64,000 bases of DNA, from positions 58,344,001 through 58,408,000 of the forward strand of contig NC_058368.1 in NCBI RefSeq assembly GCF_018350175.1, written 5' to 3'. Shown here one piece after another: positions 51,311 to 64,000 of this stretch; positions within the stretch are counted from its first letter, which is position 1, and each line of letters begins with the position of its first letter. This DNA is from Felis catus. Taxonomy: Eukaryota. A program made the translations under genes and the position numbers. Under the pieces are notes generated by a model, which saw only the letters and a program-made list of their open reading frames with translations, ran no database searches and was not told the origin of the DNA.

Positions 51311-53556
51311 GGAGGTCAAAGAGAAAGGCAGGAGACCGACTTTAGGGAGATTTTATTTAAGTGATCTACATAGGCCTTTTTTTAAAATGTAAAAGCGTTA
51401 AGTAAGAGATACAAAGAGGATTTTACATTCCTGTGCAGTTTAGAGGTTTTAAGAAAGAAAGTATAAAGAGTTATATTTCTTTATTTTTTTATGTTGTTTC
51501 TGGTTGCCAAACTGGGATCCTTGGCCACAAAACTCTTCTAGAACTGAAAAGGATATTACTTTTTTTTTACAGCAAAAATATCTTCTAAATGAAATATTTC
51601 TTAAATCTGAAGCCAAATTTATCTCATAGTAGTCACAATTCTTTGTTTTACATTTAGTGGCAAAATGTTACTGAGTTCAAATAAAACAAATATGTAGTTA
51701 AGGACATTTCTCACCTCTTAGTTAATTATGGGACTTTAAACTATGTATGATATGATTTAAAGAGGGCTCAAGCTCTCTTATTTAGGGTATATTGGAGTAT
51801 GCTTATCTAGGTTTACATTCTGTATATCTTATCCTGCTTGATGCTCTTAAGATAAAACCCACTGAATTACTGGAGAGGTACTCATCTGAAGGATGAAGGC
51901 ACTGAATCATGGGACCTGAAAAACATTAAACTACACAGAAAATGTCCATGTATTTAACATTAGGAGATGCAGAATAATGTAACTTTAATTTTCAATATCC
52001 TATTCCTGACTTGAGAGTAGACATATGGAATGTCATAAATAGCTACATTTAAAATTTTATTTATCATGGATACTTCTAAGTAGTTATTTGAAATTATATG
52101 TGTTGTTTACTTCACTCATGTCTCTATAAGTGGGTAGCAGCAGAGACAAAACACTTGTGAAAACATTTAAGCCAGAAAATTATTAGTGTCATTTATTCAC
52201 CAATTAAGCCAGGTCCGAGGATAAATTTTAGGGTACAGAGCCAGGAAGAGCAACAAAAAGAGTCAAAGGAAGGTAGAGGCTGGAGAAGGTATATGGTGGA
52301 TGAGAGTGAATCCCCCAAATACCAGGACTTGTGTGGGCATATACAGTATATATATGCAACATATGCCATATTATATAATATATGTACTGTAATTCATTTG
52401 TAAAATATTTTTATATATCAATAAGTAGGATTCACTTTTCACTATTTGATTCCTGAATTCCTGAAATAAGTATTTGTTCAAATTGTGCCTTCAAAGTGAA
52501 GGATATGTCCACAAATTGTTTGGGCATGCTGGGCAGAACACATGAGCAAATGGATAAAGACATAACTGTATATAAATCATAAATTAATACCATAACATCT
52601 TGACATATGGGTATTCCCCTGAGTAACCTCCTAGTGCCAGTAGTCACTCATAGCCCAGATCATGCAAGTTGAGGTAACATTATTTGTTGAATATTCTTTG
52701 GCATCTTAGCCACATGCTTATCAATTCAACCTTATCTATGAGTAGCTCTTTTGATCTTAAATATTTTAGGTCATGAAGAAATGTTGTTAATAACCCCACA
52801 TGAGCAAATAAAAGTGTTTCCTATTGCCCTAATATCTTCCAACTAGACTTTCCATGTTGGTTTTGTTTAACCCATGTCTATTGGTTAGGTCATACAGATA
52901 TATTAAATTAGATCCCTTTATTCATGGCCTAGTGTAAGTGTCTACCGTGCAGTTGATTGGAACTAATAGAAAAATGTCAATCAATGTTAAGGTGTGTCTG
53001 AATTCTTATTATTCTCATGTTTTTGCATTTGAAGAAGCTTTAGACTAGAGTTCAACTGTAGAGATTTAGGAGGCTTGCATTTGTTGATGAGGAGGAAATT
53101 TAAGACGGTTGTGCATCTCTTCTCAATTTCAATGTACTCATTTTTACTCCTTTGTGCAGAGGCTTACTCTAAGGAACAACTTTGAGTCTTAGAAATGTGG
53201 TGCTCAATGTGTCATTATTTCTAATTCTTCTGGCAAAAATACATAGTGTGACATAGAATATAATCTGTGTTTAGGAGTAAAACAAAGAAAAATACATAAT
53301 CATTTGCAGACTGCCTATTTGGGGCTCAATACCATTGTGGTCATATTTACCACACTTACTATTTGAAAAAAAAAGTCTTATTTAGGTTTTGACACATGCT
53401 TTATTTGTTTAATTATCACTTTTACATATCAATTATATAAAGTTAAGAGGGAAGTTTTCCTGTTAGGCCCTGTGGCTCAGGGAGATTAAATTATTTGTCT
53501 AATTTTGTACAGTTAGTTGTGATATATAGCATTCAAACATGAGTCTTTCTTACACC

Positions 53557-53746
53557 ATGCAATAATTGTCTGATATAACGTTTATTAACACATAAATAAG
53601 AATTTATGTGGTAAAAATAACACATAAATAATAAATAAAATGCAATAATTGTCTGATATAACGTTTATTAACACATAAATAAGAATTTATGTGGTAAAAA
53701 ATAACACATAAATAAGAATTTATGTGGTAAATTTATGTGGTAAAAA
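53557..53746. repeat. Nested tandem duplication (83-bp period with ~31-bp and ~13-bp sub-repeats)
   Basis: ATGCAATAATTGTCTGATATAACGTTTATTAACACATAAATAAGAATTTATGTGGTAAAAA at 53557 and again at 53640, then further TAACACATAAATAAGAATTTATGTGGTAA and ATTTATGTGGTAA copies. Confidence 0.95.
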
Positions 53747-53861
53747 ATCAACCACAAATATAACTTCAATTATTAAATCATTTGTGATAAATGTATAGCT
53801 GCTAGGATAAAGTTAAATTAGAAATAAACCTAATTAAATAAGGAGTATAAAGGACTAGCCA

Positions 53862-54078
53862 GGGGCACTTGGGTGGCTCAGTCAGTTAAGCATTGAACTC
53901 TTAATTTGGGCTCAGGTCATGATCTCATGGTTCATGGGTTTGAGCCCCATGTGGTGCTCTGCACTGACAGTATAGAGCCTGCTTGGGGTTCTCTCTGCCC
54001 CTGACCCACTTGCTCTCTCTCTCTCTCTCTTTCTCTCTCTCTGTCTCTCTAACATAAATAAATACACTTAAAAAAATA
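53862..54078 (+). mobile_element. Carnivore SINE
   Basis: SINE head and tail; TSD AAAGGACTAGC. Confidence 0.94.
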
Positions 54079-54636
54079 AAGGACTAGCTAACTAAACATG
54101 CTAATTGTGTATAATCATTATATACAATTCACCAATATTCAATGCATGATAGTTAAATGCATTGAGATGATTCTGAAGGCTCACTTTATGACAGTATCCT
54201 GTTTTCAATTATAAGTAATTTTTCCAACAAGATTGGGTTAGGAGGCATAGAAGAATAAACTAACTGTAGAGTTAACTTGATTTTGAATTAAGTCCCTTGC
54301 TTTAATGTTTTCTAAAATTTAGATTCAATTGATATTTGTTGCTAACTATCTTGCCAAGGTTTGTGCTATGTGTTTTTACCTTAATTATCTAATTTATTCT
54401 TATCCACAACCCAGAAATATCAGTAACCAAAATTTAATAGTATAGATTATAACACTGAAGCTCAGATATAAATGATATATCATCAATGATACATTTAAAT
54501 GATATATCAAAATTCACAGATAATGCCAATGAAGAGCAAAAACTTAAATTCTGTCTGGTATTTTGTTTGCAAGACCTCTGTTTACTTAAGGTTAGGATCT
54601 TATAAAACATGTAAGACAATTTAGAAACAAAAATTT

Positions 54637-54832
54637 GGGGGCACCTGAGTGGCTCAGTTGATTAAGCATCCAACTTCAGTTCAGGTCATGATTTCACAGT
54701 TCATGAGTTCAAGCCCTGTTCCGGGCTCTGTGCTGACAGCTCAGAGCCTGGAACCTGCTTCAGATTCTGTGTCTCCCTCTCGCTCTGCCCCTTCCCTGCT
54801 CACACTGTGTCTCTCAAAAATGAATAAATATT
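54637..54832 (+). mobile_element. Carnivore SINE
   Basis: GGGGGCACCTGAGTGGCTCAG head, CT tract. Confidence 0.94.
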
Positions 54833-54948
54833 AATTTTTTAAATTACCTTTCAAGCTGTTTGAATTTCATGCAAGTAGAATTTTCTTTATCAGATATTTC
54901 ATTTGTTTTAATAACATTTATTTCAAAACAGTAAAAAATAGTTTATAA

Positions 54949-55161
54949 ATTTTTTTTCCAACGTTTATTTATTTTTGGGACAGAGAGAGACAGAGCATGA
55001 ATGGGGGAGGGGCAGAGAGAGAGGGAGACACAGAATCGGAAACAGGCTCCAGGCTCTGAGCCATCAGCCCAGAGCCCGACGCGGGGCTCGAACTCACGGA
55101 CCGTGAGATCGTGACCTGGCTGAAGTCGGACGCTTCACCGACTGCGCCACCCAGGCGCCCC
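54949..55161 (-). mobile_element. Young felid SINE (SINEC_Fc-like)
   Basis: CpG-intact body; perfect 15-bp TSD AAAAATAGTTTATAA at 54934-54948 and 55162-55176. Confidence 0.97.
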
Positions 55162-57319
55162 AAAAATAGTTTATAATATAACAGTGGTTTCATCCACAGA
55201 ACAACGAAACTGCTTGTGTTTTAAATAAAAATGAAATACAATTTTTAAAAGTAAAAAGTATAAACACACACAAAAAACCTCTTTCTCTCAATGCTATTTT
55301 AAGTAAACTTGGAAAAAATCATTGACTTTTTTCTCTTCTAAGTTTATGCTTTGCAAAATTTCTCCTTTTATATTCTTAATCCAGCTGATTCACTTACCAC
55401 ACTTTGAAATATATATTTGGTGTTAATTAGTTGTGGATCAAAAATTGAGGACAACAAAAACTTTTGGCAAAACAATTGCATTTCAAAGTCAGCTTTGTGA
55501 TGTCACCTTCAAAATATGCAACCCGTTTTTATTTATCTATGTAGTTATTTGTTTAAAGTGCATTTTCAAGCCCTTTTAATTAACATATTTATAGTTATTT
55601 ATGTTTCCCAACTGTATTTCCTGGAATACTTCGTGTGTATTTGCAATCTCATGTTTGAGTAACTATTATGTGAAAGTTCTATGCTACTGAATAGGCCTAC
55701 AAATACATTATTTTTACATAGAACAAAAATAAATGCAAAATGTAATAGAAAACAAAAAAAATGTATGCCATGATAAATTACAAATAAGTGGATGAAAGAA
55801 ATAAATCAATAAATGGAGACAATGGAAGTTAGTTTTTTAAAGAAACTATGTGACTAAAAGTGAAGAATAAAATGAACATGGAATTTCCAGACAGGGGTGG
55901 GTGAAAACCCCTAGAGATTTAGAGGAGGATGTTGTACAGCAAGGGTGGAGAAATAATTTGGCACATATGAAAAACTTTTGTCAGGCTAATTACTAGAGGC
56001 ATCATTTTGTAAGGACTATGAAACCTTTCAATATTATAGGGAGAATGATATAGTTGTATTATACAAAATTGCTGTTTAAAAAAAAGATAATACAAGAGGA
56101 AGGTATAGAAGAGAGAGTGAGTGGAAAAACTGGACACTGGCTCTTTCCTCTAGAACAAAAGTCTAATGGAATTGAAAACTTAGAATGAGTTGTGGAATAG
56201 AGCTATGATATGAACAATGACAGAAAGAGGGAGTACCAAAAGAAGAAAGGAAAAGTGACAGTGATTAACAGAATGCTATTAGCCAGGTGTTTGAGGAACA
56301 TATTTGCCTAAGTGATTTGAAAAGTAGTGATAGAAGTGCCTGAATTAGGACACTAAGAATGGTACGTTAGACCTTATCCTCTCCATTCCATCTTTAACTA
56401 CCCGAGCACATTTGAATTCAAAGTGATAACACCATATGACACAAGTGGAATTCTCCAACAAGCACTTAGAGAGGCAGAGGAGAGGGGAGCATGATGGATA
56501 TGAAGGTGAAATCACCCATGAATAAATTTCCACAGAAGTAAAGGTGTGCACTGTGGGACAAGTTTAGCATTACTAAATGGGAACCAAAGTCTTTGCTATG
56601 GTCTCAGAACAGTGATATACAACTAGCAAAGTAAAAAGGAAACAAAAAAGAATTAGAAAGATATGGTAGACATTATGACCTAGCCTTTGGTGTCAGGTTG
56701 GCTGTGTATCTCCAAAATGGGATAATATTGGTAGCTTCCACATGTGTTGATATTAGTTTTAAATGGATTAATACAGAACATTGCCAGGCCCATAGAAAAG
56801 GCTCACAAATATTCATACATGGATAAAATGATAAGAATTTCAAAAGGGAGAATTGTATTCAATAAAGTTGGCAGCTAGAAAAAAAATTTTCAAAAATTTT
56901 TTTCCAAAGAAAATAGCTCTTTAGTTTTCATCAACCCTCAAACTTGAACCACACTTCTCTATTCCTTCTTGTAAAAGAAACACAAGGAAGCCACATAATT
57001 GGCAGTGATAATTAATGATGAGTGAGCATGTTTGGATAGAATTTTCAATATATAAGATAGTAAGTAACAATATTCACATAAATCTTTTCCTATGTGTTTC
57101 CGTAGGAGTTTTCTCATCCCTCTTGTAATTAGCAGGGTACTGTGATTGTCTATTTAGTTTTCTGTCTCCATGAATATTGTACCATTAAATCTTCTGGCTT
57201 CAAGTTAATGGACCTTCTAATCAGGCTAGATATATTATTGATCTGGTAAATATGTTGACATTTTGAAGGTAAAGAATGATCCATCTTTCCACTCCTGCTT
57301 ATGGCAATTCATTCGTAGT

Positions 57320-57720
57320 ATAAAATTCATCAATCAACTATCTCACAAAAATATAAAACCAGTAAACATTTATTGCATAAACACCATGGATGAGACTTTG
57401 AACAATTGCTATAAAAAAGAATTTTATATTCAATCATTGCCAAGAATGTATATTCTTGTGGGGAAGATAAAATCAAACCCTTGCATACTAAATAACTATA
57501 GACAGTTCAGAGCTTGAAAATAATGAGACATCGCAAATCCACAATTTATAAAGAAATGATGGAAGAACAGAAAGGGCAAATGAAACATGTCCCATTTTGA
57601 AGTGTGTTTAAGATAATGTTAATAAAGCAAATGGGTCTGAGTTTGTCCTCAAAGGTAGGGTTGAATCTGTTCGGACAGTGAAAAGAAAGGAAGATGGTTC
57701 AGATGAGAAACTAACACAAA
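57320..57720 (-). mobile_element. L2 fragment (degenerate)
   Basis: ATTCATCAATCAAC...AAACATTTATTG...TATATTCTTGTGGGAAGATA, then GTCTGAGTTTGTCCTCAAAGG. Confidence 0.5.
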
Positions 57721-58538
57721 GATGATTGTTAGTCATATATTTTTAGAGAAATGTTTTGCCAAAAATTATCTTATCTCGTTAAAAAAGTCTCCACATACAC
57801 TTTGAAATTAGCTCTGCAGCTTACTGTGTCATCAAAGTAAGGACATTTTATAATGCCTTACGTTAGTCTACAATTATTGTTAAATTAAAAGCAAGTAACT
57901 GTTTGGAAATAAAGAAAAAGAAATGGGCATTTGTTTGTATGCAAAGTTAAAATAAAAATAAAAATTTCAATATACTGATTTTGTAAATCTAATCACAGCC
58001 ATATCTCCACTTCACATGATCCTGAGAAAATCTAACTTTTGCTACCTCCTTATTTTACAGATTTTCATAGTGATAATAAGAATGGACTACTCTTGATGCA
58101 TAGGTAAGTAAGAGGAGTTGCTGATGATGATTTTTTTTAACTTCCTGAAAACTAGCATTAAAAAATATTTCTATTGTAATTTAAACTTAATGGAACATAA
58201 ATTCATTTACTATTCTCAAAGCCTCATCCTTTGGGGTGTTGACGAAAAAGCTGGTGATTACCACTGAACATACTTGTATGTTTTAATTGCTATTTATCTC
58301 AAAATTTCAACTGTGTATAGAAACAAAAGAAAGCAATTAAAATATCAGCAGAGGTTGGCAAAGCAGAGCAGATAGCTATTGTCAGCAATAAACCATCAAA
58401 CACAGTAATAGGGAAATACTCCATGGTCCAGTAATCATGTGAGAGGAAGGATGGAATACTAACTTTCTTTGTAAACTAAAATTGAGGAAAAATTTCAATA
58501 CTGATTTAAATTTGTCTGGTATGCAACTTGCAAACTCA

Positions 58539-58590
58539 TATGTGTGTGTGTGTGTGTGTGTATGCATGTGCATACATACACCTACACACG
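58539..58590. repeat. (TG)n/(CA)n microsatellite
   Basis: Direct reading. Confidence 0.92.
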
Positions 58591-59744
58591 TATTTTAATT
58601 ATGACGACTCCTTAATAGTTTTAGGCAGCTCATTTGAGATATTAACTTCTTTTAATAGGAAATTTGTACGGATCATGGAAAAAAACTGATAAAACTCTCC
58701 ATGTTCTGGCCAAACTCAAAAAAAGCTGAGTGTGCGTGGTGCAGCAAATAGCAATAATTGAAAGTTTAAGTACAAGGTAAGAGTATCTCTTGATTCTCTC
58801 ACATTGAATTCATATTTATTAATTAATCAATATTGCAAGAGCTAAGGTTTCAGAGTGCTTTGGGTAACTGAAACCACATTGATAATTTCACGTATTCCTT
58901 GTAGATCTCTTCCTCACATAAATATACCACTTACAGACTGGCAACTCTGAGTGATTTATGGGAATTTATACTAAGGAGGTTTAAGGTGATAATGGCAGAG
59001 TTTCCTGGAAAACACTGTGGCTCCAAACTGAGTTGACTTTTCTTAAGGAAAGTAACATTGTGGCTACTTTCCCTTGAGCCACAAAGTTTAAGGTTGGTGA
59101 GCAGAAAGTGAAACCCAAGTATCTTTCATAGTTTCAGGTTGGTAGGCAGTAGGTGCTAAGTATTCAAATATCTGTGATGATAACAAAATACAACTCAAAT
59201 TTGTTATAAAAATGATACTATAGGATGTAATGCCAATCTGTTATAACAATGAAACCATATGTTTTGGGCTTATCCACTTTTGTGGCTTTTAGAGCACTTG
59301 CCATAATTTCTATTGAGAATTTTCAGAGCATGTTAAAAAACTATTATAGTTTAAACTTTAAGGAGTTAATCAATGTTGCAGAACTAGAAAAAATTATTGA
59401 AGCAGATATGCCCCATGCTTCTCCCTTCTGCCTTCCTGTTATCTGTTGCAGTTGGGTAGTATTTTCAATTACTACTTGAATGGAATGGGGTCCTGGGGGA
59501 TGACAGGAAAAATTAAACTGTTTATTGAAACCACATACCATGAAGAGGTCAAAGAAAAAGAATCATTACTTAAATTGAATGAATAAGGCAGATATGTAAA
59601 TTCAGATCCTATCTGAAACATGGTGGCACTGGGATTTAGAAATCCTTTATTATAGCATTACAATATTTATTAGTTTACTCCAGAAACAATTTAAATCCTT
59701 TTACAAGAATGCATGTAGAACCATCAATAAATAAAACTAGGGAA

Positions 59745-60565
59745 AAAAATGAGTGAGAACACTAACATCATAGACTCTGGGTCTAAAGTTCTTTCTTGTC
59801 TAGCAAGAAACTGGGACGTGGGATTAAAATGCAAGATAGATGGCAAATGTCCGGGAAAAGATAAGAGCCCCAGATAAGGGTCCTTGCCCATATTTATTAG
59901 GATCAGAAAGCTTACAAACATGGTGATGGGAGTACACAAAGAGACAATGAAACTGTGAACATTAACTTGGGGATGTGAGGGAAAGGGGGTCTTGAAGATA
60001 TTTGGGGTTAGGGGTTTGGGTTAATACAAAGCAAAATCCTGGCACTGGGCAGTCGGGTGGAAGGCTGTTTACAGCGGGCATGAGGCACCACCTCTGTTTA
60101 TCTTAGCTAGCCTAGGGGATGAAACAGGTAAGATATGTGACCTCAGAGTTAACAAGGCAAATTTCTTTTGTGAATCATCTCCGCTCTGGGCAACTTTACC
60201 CTGCAGTGCAGAGCAGTGGTCTATGGCCCAATTTACCTGTCTACTTAACTTGGTCCTTCCTTCCTGTGAAAGCAGCTTTCTGCTATAGTACTAAATTGGG
60301 GATGGCGGGGGGTGCTTCTGCCTTGAATACCTAATCTTGTTTATTTTATATACCTATGTTCTATATTGGGGCCTTTCCCCTCCCTATTCTGGTGCCTTTG
60401 CACCTCCCTACTTTATTCTGGGGGCCCCAGCTCCCCTTCTGTATCCTTATTCATCTAATCTTGTTTACCCAAACTTGATGTGAACATCCTATGGCTCTGT
60501 ACTTCTTTATGCCTTGTTAACCCATTGGTGTAAGCCCCAGGGGATTCCTAAGCTTATTCCCCACA
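59745..60565 (-). mobile_element. Solo LTR (~0.8 kb), probably carnivore-specific ERV
   Basis: Abrupt GC increase; minus strand begins TGTGGGGAATAAGCTTAGG at 60565; AATAAA on minus at ~59893-59898, about 150 bp from the far end; TAGG on both flanks as a possible TSD. Confidence 0.72.
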
Positions 60566-63399
60566 TAGGAAGACTGAAGAAAAACAAGAGAAAGACAGGT
60601 AAAATAAAACCAGAAAGGTTCTAACAATCAAAATATATGTTGTAACAAAAGTGAGGCATATTTTTGGCTCCAATTGTCATTTACATGTGACATGATTATC
60701 GTGAGATATCACAAATGAATTTCAGATTTGAGGCACAATTTTGAATGGTGCTGATAATAGATTCATTCATTTATGTATTCATTAATTCATTCATTAAACA
60801 AAGGTATGCTGAGAAACAAGGTATTTCATCTCTCTAAAGAATAAATGATATATAATATAATGTAACATAATATAATATTGGGAAGAATAGGCAGGAAATT
60901 ATTCTTAGCTTCTAATTAGTAGCTGAACCCATAGAACCCTTTCTTATAACTTTCAGTAACAAGGACCATGGCAATGTAGGTATGATTCAATGAAAGCATA
61001 TTGCTGATATATCATTCCAGTGACCTGGTTAATTCCAGGCTTTAAATTGCCTGTAAAAATTGGTACCAGGATTTTGGACCTCAGAGAGCAGTAACGTTGA
61101 ATGCTAAAAATGGAGGGGTGCAATAGGATGACTGAGGGTCTAAGTAGTAACACAGAAATGTTTCAATTTTTAGATTCTGTGATCATCACCACTGTTAAAG
61201 CAAATGAAAGGTTTTTATTTACTGTTATCTGTTTTCTTTATTGACTTATTTACTTTTAAATGCTATGTTTCTTTCCATTACAATATGTTTAATTTGTATT
61301 TTTATTTGTGTTATGTTTATAAAATTTATATTTTATATGTATTTTTATTTTATGTAAGTGGTACTCCAATTAATTTTTTTTTACATTTTCACTAACACTA
61401 TGTTAGTGTATTCTATATTTTTCCTCTACTGACTGAGAATAAAAATTAAAATCTTGTTAAAGGATTTCTTTAAATATATTTCTTTAAATATATTTACCTT
61501 AAGAAAGAAACACTATATGTTTCTTATTTTTCTCATTTTACCTTGAGTTAGTGGACACTCATGGATTGGCTCTGTTCTGTGATTGATTGCTTATAAAACA
61601 TCAGATTTTGGAATTAATGACTCCATATCATTCAGTTAATCTTCCTTAAATATATTTATGTGAGGTAAGCTTTAATAATCATTGACCAATGATAAGTCTA
61701 AGATTTAATGGTACTTGAGGAGCAACTAGAGGCCAGCTAATTACATTGCTAGAAAAGTAAGTTCATATTAAAAAAATAAATAAATATGAGTCAATATTAG
61801 CATCATCTTTGAAATCTGAGAAGCTTACCAAGAACATAGGACTGAACAAGGGGCTTACACCACAAAGATAGACTGTGTTAATACCATGAATGAAGGTACG
61901 TTGTGGTAACACCTAAACAAAACTGAGACCATACTTGTAAAGGGATTTTGGATCCATTCTAGGACATACAAAAAAATAAATAAGTAAATAAAATTCAAAG
62001 CCCCAAATGGATACAACATAGTATATGGCTACAATGAGCAAATACCTTGCAATATTTTTAAAGCAGATGTAAACAAACTCCCCCAATTCATTAAAAAAAA
62101 ATCTCAAATAATGACAACTCAATGAAGCACCAAGAAAACAGTCAGCCTTGGCCAATGTAACTTCGTGGTATGTAAATTAAAAAATAAGTAAATTTTAAAA
62201 ATATATGGTTATGTAACTGAATAATTAACTCTATGATTTAAAAGCTGGAGAAATCTTAAAATGGTTTATCTAAGAATATTTATGATGAGCATATTTCTTT
62301 TTGATCTGGAATTAGTCTGACATTGGAATGCTAGGTAAATGCCCCTCTTGCAAATATCTCAACTGCCAAATCTTAAGAGTGCTGGTGTTTATTTTAAGTT
62401 TTTCCTCCAGGCTTAAAGTAAGTCTGCAAAACATATGTTATCCAAGCATATTGTGTTATTTTACCCAGACATCTTTTTCCTCAGCAATTTAATTAGCCAT
62501 GAGGAAAACTGCAAGCACTCAATTTAAGTCTTTGTGAAATAAAACCAACCATGAATTGAAACAGAAAATACAATCAGTCCATTACAGCACAACTCCAAAA
62601 AAGGTAGTAAATGGAAATTATGGTTTTGCAGCTCTAGCCACCGTGACCAAAGGCCAGCTGTTTGTGAATCATATTTTATATTTTGAAGTCTGTCTAGGTA
62701 TCTATTTATAGAACAGGTTCTCCATTGAGAGAACTATTTAACTCTTTAAACTTTGATCAATAATTAACATTCTAAAATGATGACACCTAACTTCTACTAA
62801 AAGCCATTTGAAAATATACATTATGATTCTTAAAGGATCCTTTAAGGTGGTTTTACTTTTATGAGGATATCATCACTGATTCAGCCAGTTTACAAATTAT
62901 TTAATCATTGTTATATTTATAAAAGTAAAAATCTGACAGAAAATATCTAATAACAGGAGATATTTAATTTTAATGCAACCCATAAAATATAATCTGAAAT
63001 AATTTTCAAAAATATTTGACCATTTAAAAATATGACACTCGAAAAAAAATCAACTGAACTCTCTATTGTAATTTACAAATGCAGAGAAAAAAAAATTATA
63101 TCCTGGGTGGATAGGTTCTGGTTGTGTGATTCTAGAGTCAACTATAAAGAACCATGGGAATTCTAGATGTAAATAGGCTTAGTTAGGCTAATATTATGTA
63201 TGCTTCTTAACATTTTGTGACAACATCTTGACAGGTCAAATACAGATTAAATGAGTGGAAATTTACTAATTTTGTCTACAATATTTTAGGATTTCTTCGA
63301 GTCCAGGTACATAGAGCAAGTAAAAGAACATCACAATTTTTAGATGACCCCACATTGGTGGTAGAGCTCAAAAGGTCCTAATAGAAGAATCAGGCAATT

Positions 63400-63561
63400 T
63401 CTGGAAATTTCTGGCTACTCATTAGAATCACTTGGCAGTTTTTAACAACTATTATGTTCTGGCTGCACCTGAAACCAATTAATACAGAACATTTGGGAGT
63501 AGGGCCAGGGCAAAGGTAGTTTTGAAATCTCCCTGGGTAATTCTAATTTTCAATTCAGGTT
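63400..63561. mobile_element. MER5A-like hAT-Charlie MITE, interrupted near its end by an L1
   Basis: CATTAGAATCACTTGG...AAACCAATTAATACAGAACATTTGGGAGTAGGGCCAGG...CTCCCTGGGTAATTCTAAT; terminal AGAACTAACACTG resumes at ~63741. Confidence 0.8.
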
Positions 63562-63740
63562 AAAAAAAGCCAAACCATAAGAGACTCTTAAAAACTGGGA
63601 ATAAACTGAGGGTTGAAGGGGGTGGGAGGGAAGGGAGGGTGGATGATGGGCATTGAGGAGAGCACCTGTTGGGATGAACACTGGGTGTTGTATGAAAACC
63701 AATTTGACAATAAATTTCATATTTTAAAAAAAAGGAAAAA
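63562..63740 (+). mobile_element. Felid L1 3' terminus (L1_Fc-like)
   Basis: AAACCATAAGAGACTCTTAAAAACTG...GATGGGCATTGAGGAGAGCACCTGTTGGGATGAACACTGGGTGTTGTATG...AACCAATTTGACAATAAATTTCATATT plus A-tail. Confidence 0.92.
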
Positions 63741-64000
63741 AGAACTAACACTGGATTATAACCTTCTGCTTTAACCTCTGAACTTTTGATCAGACTCAGA
63801 ACTGACAATATTAGAACAAAGATTCTAACAACTGATATTTTAAATCAAGGCATCCTTTAAAGCCTGTGCATCCTTAAAGCCCCCAAGGGAAAGAGCAAAG
63901 ATAGAAAGAGCCAAGATATATGGCTATAGGGATGAGATGTCTTCTCTCCAGAAAGGCCCAACACAGCTGGCTGCCAGGTTCAAAGTAGCAAAGAAGCAGA

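Noticed and set aside
53557..53746. CRISPR-like array of palindromic repeats
   Set aside because: Eukaryotic context, no unique spacers and no cas genes; it is a simple nested duplication.
131..55193. Recurrent ORFs such as MAQSVK..TSAQVMIS and MGQRETEHERGRGRERGRHRIG
   Set aside because: These are translations of carnivore SINE copies on either strand, not a gene family.

Overview
AT-rich mammalian DNA, repeat-dominated, either intergenic or deep-intronic. The SINEs are tRNA-derived carnivore SINEs of the felid type (SINEC_Fc-like), so the source is a cat-family genome. I recognise no protein-coding gene. Nearly all ORFs in the track are translations of SINEs, microsatellites or chance AT-rich frames; three ORFs carry degraded class III (ERV-L) RT, RT-connection and dUTPase motifs. 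The window holds about 28 carnivore SINEs (4 very young, with perfect TSDs), several L1, L2 and MIR fragments, MaLR/ERV-L LTRs, and hAT MITEs (MER45A x2, MER53, MER5A-like). It also holds a ~5 kb decayed ERV-L provirus with four nested insertions, a ~0.8 kb solo LTR, a tailless 5S rRNA retropseudogene, and a full-length SNORA62 (E2) H/ACA snoRNA retrocopy inserted into an old L1. Speculative signals are three same-strand exon-like segments (possible spliced lncRNA or 5'UTR), a pre-miRNA-sized hairpin inside one of them, and two hairpin-associated complex duplications. I find no convincing evidence of a new biological system. Repeat family names come from my recollection of consensus sequences and need RepeatMasker/Dfam confirmation. 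Boundaries of old repeats are approximate.
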